A stretch of 64,000 nucleotides of DNA from Patescibacteria group bacterium (GTDB taxonomy: Bacteria; Patescibacteriota; Minisyncoccia; Phycocordibacterales; Phycocordibacteraceae). Shown in pieces: positions 56,748 through 64,000 of the stretch. Within the stretch, counting starts at the first letter, position 1, and the number at the start of each line of letters is the position of its first letter. Under the pieces are notes generated by a model. The model searched no databases. It saw only the letters and a program-made list of their open reading frames with translations, and was not told the DNA's origin. The stretch lies in the NCBI GenBank assembly GCA_038064495.1, contig JBBTSZ010000004.1, positions 5,363 to 69,362 on the forward strand, read 5' to 3'. The position numbers and the translations under genes were made by a program.

Positions 56748-59276
56748 ATGGCCACGTTTTTGGGCAAGTTATTCTCTCAAAACCAGTCCGCAGCTTTTTT
56801 AAAGGCTGGCGGGGCAGTGGTTCTACACGCCAACTCGCTTGCGGCGGGTCTTGAGAAACTCACGAAGGAAGAGCTTAGAGCCCAGCTACAAACGGTGCGT
56901 GCTCGTACGAGTGGCGCACCATCTAAAGACGAAGACATCGGAGAGGTTTTTGCACTGGTTCGTGAAGCATCTCGCCGCACCTTGAAAGAGCGCCACTACG
57001 ACGTACAGCTCCTCGGAGGTCTTGCCCTTAGTAAAGGAAAGATTGCTGAGATGCGTACCGGAGAAGGTAAGACGCTCGTTGCTACGCTTGCCGTTACCCT
57101 TCGTGCTATTGCCGGTAAAGGTGTTCATGTCGTGACAGTGAATGATTACCTTGCACGCCGTGATGGTGCGTGGATGGGGCAGATTTATGAGTACCTCGGT
57201 CTTACGCTTGGCGTGGTCACTTCAAGTGGCTCGTATGTATATGATCCTTCGCACGTTCCAGCAGAAGAAGACGAAGCACGTGACGAAACTGCTTCATTCC
57301 GTGTGTTCTACGATTTCCTTCGTCCGGTGAATAAGAAGGATGCGTACGCATCGGATATTACGTACGCGACGAACAACGAGCTCGGGTTCGATTATCTTCG
57401 AGATAACACTGCGTACGACGCGTCACAAATGGTACAACGCGGACACCACTATGCGATTGTGGACGAGATTGACTCTATTTTGATTGATGAGGCGCGTACC
57501 CCGCTTATTATTTCTGGTCCTGCAGGAGACGCAGAGTCGCTCTACGAGCGCTTTGCTGGCATTGCGGCAACCCTTGCTCTCGGTGAGGACTACACGATAG
57601 ACGAGAAGCAAAAGGCAATTCAGCTGACCGGCGAGGGAATTACTAAGGCCGAGCAGGCGCTCGGGATTGAAAACCTCTACACCGAAGGCGGTATGAAGTA
57701 TGCGCATCACCTGGAGACGGCAGTACGTGCCCAGGCCCTTTTCCATAAAGACAAGGAGTATGTGGTTAAGGATAACGAGATTCTTATCGTGGACGAATTT
57801 ACCGGACGCCTCCAGCCGGGGCGCCGTTGGAGCGAAGGTCTCCACCAGGCGATAGAGGCAAAGGAGCGCGTACCCATACAAAAAGAAACCCGTACGTACG
57901 CAAGTGTGACTTTCCAAAATTACTTCCGCATGTACGAAGCCCTCTCTGGTATGACGGGTACCGGACTTTCTTCAGAAGAGGAGTTCTATACCGTGTACGG
58001 CCTTGATGTCGTTGTGGTGCCAACGAACCGTGAAGTAGCACGTATTGACCACCACGACCTTATTTTCCAGACCACCAAAGGAAAGTACGAAGCACTTACG
58101 AGGCACGTTGAGGAACTCCACAAAAAGGGTCAGCCTGTGCTCGTCGGTACGGTATCCATTGAAGATAACGATGTGGTCGCCGACTATTTTAAGAAAGCGG
58201 GTATTCCGCACGAAGTATTGAATGCGAAGAATCACGAACGTGAAGGAGAAATCATTGCGCAGGCAGGACGCGCAGGACGCGTCACCGTTGCAACGAACCT
58301 CGCCGGTCGTGGTGTGGACATTAAGCTGGGTGGTGCACCGGTTGTTCCTGAGGAATACGACAAGGTTAAAAATGCAGGCGGACTTGCGGTGATTGGTACG
58401 GAGCGTCATGAGGCTCGTCGTATTGATAACCAGCTTCGCGGTCGTGCAGGACGTCAGGGAGATCCCGGTGACACCATCTTCTATGTATCGCTTGAAGATA
58501 AACTCATGCGTGTCTTCGCTTCAGACATGATTAAGAACGTGATGGGCACGTTCAAGATTCCTGAAGATGAACCGATTGCAAGTGGCATGATTACCAAGTC
58601 CCTAGAGACCGCTCAAAAGCGCATTGAAGGGTTTAACTTCGATTCGCGTAAACAGGTGCTTGCGTATGACGACGTCTTGAACACCCAGCGCCTTGCGGTC
58701 TATCAGGACCGAAGAACAGCTCTCCTTGGCACGCCCGAGGAGCTTGAGAGCCGCGTACACGAGCTCATTGAGAGTGATGAGACTGCAAAGCAGGCCTTTG
58801 AGCAAAAGAAAGTGGAAATTGGTACCGAAGTGTTCAGTGCACTCCTCCGTCGTATTGTGCTCCAAGTCACGGACGCGTTCTGGCTTGAACAGTTGGAAAC
58901 GATGGAATACCTTCGTCGCTCTGTCTCGCTTCGTGCCTACGGCCAGCGGGACCCTCTTATTGAGTATCGTAGAGAGGGACTTATTCAATTCAACGTGATG
59001 CAGGAGGGTATTCGTCGCGCCGTCGCTGAAGCGGTTGTGCATGTCGCGCCTGCTGACGATGCGCGCATTCGTGCAGAAGAAGAGCGCACGCGTCGTGCCC
59101 TCGTTGCCGCAAGTGAGGGCGCCGATACTTCGGCAGCCCCTACGCCAGTGGTCCACACGGGTGTTCAACACAGACGGAATGATGAGGTCACCATCCGTAA
59201 GGGAGACGAGACAAAGACACTCAAATTTAAGAAAGCAGAACCGCTCCTTGCTGAAGGTTGGAGTATCGTCGAATAG
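56748..59276 (+). CDS. secA: Preprotein translocase ATPase SecA
   Basis: AEMRTGEGKT, VTVNDYLA, DEIDSILIDEARTPLIISG, RRIDNQLRGRAGRQGDPG. Confidence 0.98.
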   Translation: MATFLGKLFSQNQSAAFLKAGGAVVLHANSLAAGLEKLTKEELRAQLQTVRARTSGAPSKDEDIGEVFALVREASRRTLKERHYDVQLLGGLALSKGKIAEMRTGEGKTLVATLAVTLRAIAGKGVHVVTVNDYLARRDGAWMGQIYEYLGLTLGVVTSSGSYVYDPSHVPAEEDEARDETASFRVFYDFLRPVNKKDAYASDITYATNNELGFDYLRDNTAYDASQMVQRGHHYAIVDEIDSILIDEARTPLIISGPAGDAESLYERFAGIAATLALGEDYTIDEKQKAIQLTGEGITKAEQALGIENLYTEGGMKYAHHLETAVRAQALFHKDKEYVVKDNEILIVDEFTGRLQPGRRWSEGLHQAIEAKERVPIQKETRTYASVTFQNYFRMYEALSGMTGTGLSSEEEFYTVYGLDVVVVPTNREVARIDHHDLIFQTTKGKYEALTRHVEELHKKGQPVLVGTVSIEDNDVVADYFKKAGIPHEVLNAKNHEREGEIIAQAGRAGRVTVATNLAGRGVDIKLGGAPVVPEEYDKVKNAGGLAVIGTERHEARRIDNQLRGRAGRQGDPGDTIFYVSLEDKLMRVFASDMIKNVMGTFKIPEDEPIASGMITKSLETAQKRIEGFNFDSRKQVLAYDDVLNTQRLAVYQDRRTALLGTPEELESRVHELIESDETAKQAFEQKKVEIGTEVFSALLRRIVLQVTDAFWLEQLETMEYLRRSVSLRAYGQRDPLIEYRREGLIQFNVMQEGIRRAVAEAVVHVAPADDARIRAEEERTRRALVAASEGADTSAAPTPVVHTGVQHRRNDEVTIRKGDETKTLKFKKAEPLLAEGWSIVE

Positions 59277-59283
59277 GCTAACC

Positions 59284-59826
59284 ATGAAAGACGTTGTCTT
59301 TATTACGGGCAATGAGCGGAAAGCGGATTATCTAGCCCAGTATCTCGGGATACCAGTTGAACACGTGAAGATGGAGCTCGACGAGATACAGTCACTCGAT
59401 TTCACGGAAGTAGTCCGTCACAAAGTCCGGCAAGCTTATATACGGGTTGATCGACCCGTTCTTGTTGAAGATTCCGGACTAGAGTTCGCTAGTTTCGGTC
59501 GGCTTCCTGGCACATTTAGCAAATCTTTCATTCACGAGATCGGCCTTGAAGCCATGTGTCGACTGGTAGATGGTAGAGACCGATCGGCCACCGTTCGATG
59601 CGTTTTCGGATATTTTGACGGTGAACACGAGGCATATTTCGAGGGTAGTATGTCGGGAACTATTGCAGAGCACCCTGTCGGGAAATCTGGTTTTGGGTTC
59701 GATACTATCTTTATACCAGAAGGGTATAAGGTAACTCGTGCTGAACTTTCTGAAGACGACGACCGAAAGACGTACCTTCGTATTAAGCCGTTTGAACAAG
59801 TAAAGGAGTTTCTGCTCTCCAGGTGA
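59284..59826 (+). CDS. rdgB: Non-canonical purine NTP pyrophosphatase (Ham1/RdgB)
   Basis: FITGNERK, EIQS, VEDSGL..LPG, GFGFD.IF.P. ATG 59284. Confidence 0.88.
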   Translation: MKDVVFITGNERKADYLAQYLGIPVEHVKMELDEIQSLDFTEVVRHKVRQAYIRVDRPVLVEDSGLEFASFGRLPGTFSKSFIHEIGLEAMCRLVDGRDRSATVRCVFGYFDGEHEAYFEGSMSGTIAEHPVGKSGFGFDTIFIPEGYKVTRAELSEDDDRKTYLRIKPFEQVKEFLLSR

Positions 59827-59856
59827 TTTCTAGCGACTTGTGATAGGGTGGGCTAT

Positions 59857-60831
59857 ATGGCACTGATAGACCACCTCATACTCCATGCAACAGCCGGTCG
59901 CGGTGGCGACGGTGTGGTGCGCTGGCTTCATATTAAAGGAAAAGAAAAAGGAGGACCTGCTGGTGGCGATGGAGGGAAGGGTGGTGACATCATTCTTGAA
60001 GGAGTACAGGACTTAGGCGCACTCGCTCAGTATCGCTACAGCAAGAAGTTTCGTGCAGAGCACGGTTTTCCCGGAGAGAACAACAACCGCCATGGCGCTG
60101 ACGGAAAACCGGTCGTCATTAAAGTTCCGGTGGGAACGGTTATTAAGAACGCGACTACCAAAGAAACAGTTGAGATTCTTGCTGAAGGTCAGCGCGAAAC
60201 AATCTTTAAAGGTGGAGCAGGTGGGAAAGGGAACGCTCACTACAAAAGCTCTATAAATCAGAATCCAACCGAGTCTTCACCTGGTAAAAATGGAGGGGCT
60301 GGGGATATCGATTTAAGCCTCAAACTCATCGCTGACGTGGGGTTTATCGGCTTCCCGAACGCAGGGAAGTCATCTCTTTTGAATGAATTGACCCATGCAA
60401 AGTCCAAAGTCGCTTCCTATGCCTTCACCACACTTGATCCTCACCTCGGCAACTTTTACGGCTTCATCCTTGCAGACATCCCAGGACTCATTGAAGGTGC
60501 ATCGTCAGGGAAAGGTCTTGGTTCTCGTTTCCTCAAACACATAGAACGTACTAAGTTTCTTGTACATCTCGTCTCGGCTGAACAAGATAAGCCTGCAGAG
60601 GCCTATAGTGCAATACGAAACGAGCTAGCAAGCTTCGGTCGTGGACTTGCGGAAAAGCCGGAACTCGTACTCCTTTCCAAAACGGATATGCTTACTCCCG
60701 AAGAGCTCAAAAAGACCCTTAAGGAACTTGAAGTGGTCACCAAGGTCCCGGTATTGCCACTTTCCATTTTAGAACCGGCGCTCGTAAAATCAGTCTCCGA
60801 CAGACTCGCGAAAGAGCTCAAAACGACCTAA
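59857..60831 (+). CDS. obgE: GTPase ObgE (no C-terminal extension)
   Basis: Gly-rich Obg fold (GGPAGGDGGKGG), GFPNAGKS, YAFTTL, ADIPGLIEGA. Confidence 0.96.
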   Translation: MALIDHLILHATAGRGGDGVVRWLHIKGKEKGGPAGGDGGKGGDIILEGVQDLGALAQYRYSKKFRAEHGFPGENNNRHGADGKPVVIKVPVGTVIKNATTKETVEILAEGQRETIFKGGAGGKGNAHYKSSINQNPTESSPGKNGGAGDIDLSLKLIADVGFIGFPNAGKSSLLNELTHAKSKVASYAFTTLDPHLGNFYGFILADIPGLIEGASSGKGLGSRFLKHIERTKFLVHLVSAEQDKPAEAYSAIRNELASFGRGLAEKPELVLLSKTDMLTPEELKKTLKELEVVTKVPVLPLSILEPALVKSVSDRLAKELKTT

Positions 60832-60877
60832 GTACCGCTTGCGAACCAAGCAGTCTCCATGCAAGATAGAGGTAATG
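60464..60877 (+). repeat. Direct repeat copy 1 (obgE 3' end plus downstream leader)
   Basis: 60464-60629 is identical to 62193-62358 (166 bp); 60805-60867 is identical to 62424-62486 (63 bp). Confidence 0.95.
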
Positions 60878-60900
60878 GGAGCGACTAAACGAAAACGAGT

Positions 60901-62145
60901 ATGAGATACGTGACCCTACTTCTTGGCTTCCTTCTTCTGGCTCCTCAAGCACACGCTGCACGAATTTTCCAGACGGGGGCTGAACTTAATAGTACGACCG
61001 CAGGTATGGAAGTGACTTCGGTTGATGGCACGGGAGCAAGCGTAAGCTCAACGAACGTACGCTCTGGTAACTACGTCTGGCGCTCTAACAACAGTGGAAA
61101 TACGAGCGGCATCACACAACGTCTCTCAGGAAACGATGTTTTTACACCTGGTTATCTTCGCGTCTATTTTTACTTCGCCACACTACCCAGTGTGAAGCAA
61201 CGCATCATGCAGTTCAATACCGCAGCTAACCTGCTGTCAGCAAGAGTAGACATATATACCGATGGAAAACTTGTTCTCATGAACTCATCAAGCGTGGCGA
61301 TAGGTACTTCAACTCTTGCACTCCAAACTAACAGGTGGTATCGGCTGGAACTTAAAGATGACCCGACGTTGAACCCAGGAAAACTTGAGCTGAGGGTAGA
61401 CGGCGTCACCGTCGTTAAAGGAGACAGTGATTCACAAGCAGGTTGGGCACGTGTGCGTGTGGGACCAAACTTGAATAACAGCGTCACGGACGTGTACTAC
61501 GACGATATTGCGGTAAACACGAGTTCCGGTACGAGCCAAAACTCATGGCCGGGGGACGGTAAGCTCGTACTCCTTTCGCCAAATGCGGCTGGAGACTCAA
61601 ATCAGTGGCTGGATACGGTGGGAGGAGCTGGTACTACCAATAACTATACGTTGGTTGATGAAATACCACCCAACAACGCTACTGACTTTGTGAACTCCGG
61701 AACACTCAACGATACGGACTGGTACGGCATTTCTCCAATGTCGGCAGTGAGACGTATTAACGTGGTGAGTGTGCATGGTAGGCTCACGAACAATACAGCC
61801 GACGCGACCACAGCAGCAAAATGGCAGATACAGAAGATATCAGGAGGCACGGTCTCCCAAGGAACAGCAGTTATTCCGAACTCAACGACGTGGTGTACGG
61901 ACGGTAACAGCACAACCATTTGGCAGAATATTCTGACACTTTACAACGACCCCGATGGGCAGCCATGGACGTGGCAAACACTACAGACAGCACAAATAGG
62001 TCCTAAGATAACTGCTTCAAACGCGAACCGTATTCAAGTATCCTCTATGTGGGTGTATGTGGATTACTCAGACTTGTCGAGCGGCGTGTATATCCAAACA
62101 AAAGGTCTCTTCCAACTCCTTAAAGGGCTGTTCGTAATACTATAA
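60901..62145 (+). CDS. Secreted beta-rich protein with LamG/ConA-like N-terminal domain
   Basis: Signal peptide (..QAHA); TNRWYRLEL..LELRVDG..YYDDIAVN; C-terminal KGLF..KGLF tail. Confidence 0.65.
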   Translation: MRYVTLLLGFLLLAPQAHAARIFQTGAELNSTTAGMEVTSVDGTGASVSSTNVRSGNYVWRSNNSGNTSGITQRLSGNDVFTPGYLRVYFYFATLPSVKQRIMQFNTAANLLSARVDIYTDGKLVLMNSSSVAIGTSTLALQTNRWYRLELKDDPTLNPGKLELRVDGVTVVKGDSDSQAGWARVRVGPNLNNSVTDVYYDDIAVNTSSGTSQNSWPGDGKLVLLSPNAAGDSNQWLDTVGGAGTTNNYTLVDEIPPNNATDFVNSGTLNDTDWYGISPMSAVRRINVVSVHGRLTNNTADATTAAKWQIQKISGGTVSQGTAVIPNSTTWCTDGNSTTIWQNILTLYNDPDGQPWTWQTLQTAQIGPKITASNANRIQVSSMWVYVDYSDLSSGVYIQTKGLFQLLKGLFVIL

Positions 62146-62192
62146 GCAATCCAAACAATGCGGCGCACTGGAGCTTAGGTGACGCAAAGGGG

Positions 62193-62496
62193 TCATCCTT
62201 GCAGACATCCCAGGACTCATTGAAGGTGCATCGTCAGGGAAAGGTCTTGGTTCTCGTTTCCTCAAACACATAGAACGTACTAAGTTTCTTGTACATCTCG
62301 TCTCGGCTGAACAAGATAAGCCTGCAGAGGCCTATAGTGCAATACGAAACGAGCTAGCCACCTTCGGCCGTGGACTCTCAGAAAAGCCACAAACCATCTT
62401 CGTAAAAATAAGTCTCCGACAACCTCGCGAAAGAGCTCAAAACGACCTAAGTACCGCTTGCGAACCAAGCAGTCTCCATGCAAGATGGAGGCAATG
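62193..62496 (+). repeat. Direct repeat copy 2 (internally deleted obgE 3' pseudo-fragment plus gatB leader)
   Basis: Same two blocks as copy 1, but with net 110 bp missing and diverged flanks. Ends at the gatB ATG. Confidence 0.95.
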
Positions 62497-63900
62497 AGGG
62501 AGTATCGTCCAACTATCGGTCTTGAGGTGCATGCGGAACTTTCTACGCGTACCAAGATGTTTTGCGATTCAGCAAACGACTCTGAAGAAACTGAGCCGAA
62601 CGTGAATGTCTGTCCAGTGTGTCTCGCGCACCCAGGAACGCTTCCCGTGATAAACAAGCAGGCAGTTGCGCACGTGCTTCGTGTTGGCACAGCACTCGGG
62701 AGTACACTCGCAGACTACACTGAGTTCGATCGCAAGTCCTATTTTTATCCGGACATACCGAAGGGCTATCAAATTAGTCAGTATGAACATCCACTCGTTT
62801 CTGGTGGTGAATTGAATGGTGTTGCTGTCACGCGAGTGCATCTTGAAGAAGATACCGCACGCTCTTCGCACGCGAATGACGTAAGTCTTGTTGATTTCAA
62901 TCGTGCAGGTGTGCCACTCATGGAGCTGGTGACGGAACCGGTGATTCATGACGCGAAGACTGCAGGCGCGTTTGCTCGCGAACTCCAGCTTTTGCTTCGT
63001 GCGCTTGGTGCATCACATGCAAATCTTGAGAAGGGAGAGATGCGCGTGGAAGCAAACATTTCTGTGTCAAAAACAGATTCTTTCGGAACAAAAGTAGAAG
63101 TAAAGAATCTCAATTCATTCCGCTCGGTAGAGCGCGCCATTGAGTATGAGATAGCTCGGCAGACAGAGCTCCTTGAATCAGGAGGCACCGTGACCCAAGA
63201 AACTAGAGGGTGGGACGAGAATAAAATGGAGACATTCCCGCAGCGACTCAAGGAGGGAAGTGCCGATTACCGCTATTTCCCTGAGCCAGATTTACCAAAG
63301 CTCGTACTCTCTGACCTTGAAGAATTCAAGAAATCGGTTCTTGAAGAGAGTCTCCCTGAACTGCCTCACGCGCGCAGAACACGCTACGTATTACGGGGAC
63401 TCAAACCAGAAGAGGCGAGTCTCATCACGAGCTCGCTCGAACAGAGCGCATTCTTTGACGAGGTAGTAGCTACACTTGGAGCAGACAGTGAGTCCGTTCG
63501 CTTAGCCACAAATTATTTGCTCAACGACCTTGGAGACGGCCCGCTGCCGAAGGCCAGTGCGTTCTGTGAGCTTATAGAGCTTATACGCAGCAATAAGCTT
63601 TCTTCTCGCGGCGCCAAGGATACGCTCGCAATTCTCGCCGAAACCACTGCACCATCTGCGCTTGCTGTTGCAACTGAGCATGGCTGGCTTCAGGAAAGTA
63701 ATCCTGAGGCCATCCGGGAGGTAGTACGGGGTGTCGTAGCGGCAAACGCGTCCGTGATCGAAGAATACCGGGGAGGAAAGCAAAGTGTCCTGCAATTCCT
63801 GGTCGGACAGGGCATGAAATTGAGTCGTGGAGCGGGCAATCCTGAGGTCCTCAAGAAGTTGCTTATCGAGGAGCTGGGAATACTACCGCCGAAAGAATAA
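62494..63900 (+). CDS. gatB: Asp/Glu-tRNA amidotransferase subunit B
   Basis: IGLEVHAEL..KMFC, FDRKSYFYPD.PKGYQISQ, NRAGVPLME, EVKNLNS, YRYFPEPDLP. Confidence 0.97.
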   Translation: MREYRPTIGLEVHAELSTRTKMFCDSANDSEETEPNVNVCPVCLAHPGTLPVINKQAVAHVLRVGTALGSTLADYTEFDRKSYFYPDIPKGYQISQYEHPLVSGGELNGVAVTRVHLEEDTARSSHANDVSLVDFNRAGVPLMELVTEPVIHDAKTAGAFARELQLLLRALGASHANLEKGEMRVEANISVSKTDSFGTKVEVKNLNSFRSVERAIEYEIARQTELLESGGTVTQETRGWDENKMETFPQRLKEGSADYRYFPEPDLPKLVLSDLEEFKKSVLEESLPELPHARRTRYVLRGLKPEEASLITSSLEQSAFFDEVVATLGADSESVRLATNYLLNDLGDGPLPKASAFCELIELIRSNKLSSRGAKDTLAILAETTAPSALAVATEHGWLQESNPEAIREVVRGVVAANASVIEEYRGGKQSVLQFLVGQGMKLSRGAGNPEVLKKLLIEELGILPPKE

Positions 63901-63959
63901 ATTTTTTATGACTGTGAACAACCTATCCAAAACGAGCCGAGATAGCCTATACTAAAGCC

Positions 63960-64000
63960 ATGGATGAACTTACTATCGGTGACCAAAAATATCTCTCGTC
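63960..64000 (+). CDS. 5' end of a gene running off the window (MDELTIGDQKYLS..)
   Basis: ATG 6 nt after TATACT; frame stays open to the window end. Confidence 0.55.
   Translation, partial: MDELTIGDQKYLS

Noticed and set aside
60464-62496. Diversity-generating retroelement TR/VR pair
   Set aside because: Mismatches are not adenine-specific, the repeat is obgE sequence, and there is no reverse transcriptase in the window.
1-64000. CRISPR array, tRNA/rRNA genes, transposases
   Set aside because: None recognised by eye. Intergenic gaps are short with no spaced repeats; a covariance-model scan was not possible.

Overview
Chromosomal window from a small-genome bacterium. Gene content and style point to Patescibacteria/CPR, probably Parcubacteria (inference): Cys/Thr/Ser-rich Ig-like surface proteins, a stand-alone VirD4/TraD-like ATPase, a short ObgE, -10 boxes directly in front of start codons, and TGA used as stop (code 11). 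Layout: (i) 1-10.1 kb, a tandem array alternating membrane-anchored beta-propeller-like proteins with secreted multi-domain surface proteins that share a conserved C-terminal domain ending VN(V/I)IPxxxE(F/Y), followed by a VirD4-like ATPase. (ii) 10.3-55.2 kb, a ~45 kb glycan locus: GT4/GT2/GT9/GT47/GT11-like transferases, a GtrA-GtrB-GT-C set, heptose kinase and adenylyltransferase, TPP E1 alpha/beta, pseudaminate-type nonulosonate genes, an embedded three-gene citrate-cleavage operon, an ABC flippase and an O-antigen-ligase-like protein. (iii) 55.2-64 kb, housekeeping genes (murB, secA, rdgB, obgE, gatB), an unlisted 41-aa histone-H1-like ORF, and one secreted-protein gene flanked by a direct duplication of the obgE 3' end and gatB leader. 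The best candidate for an undescribed system is the repeated propeller + surface-protein cassette with its conserved C-terminal signature. All calls come from reading motifs by eye; no database searches were run.
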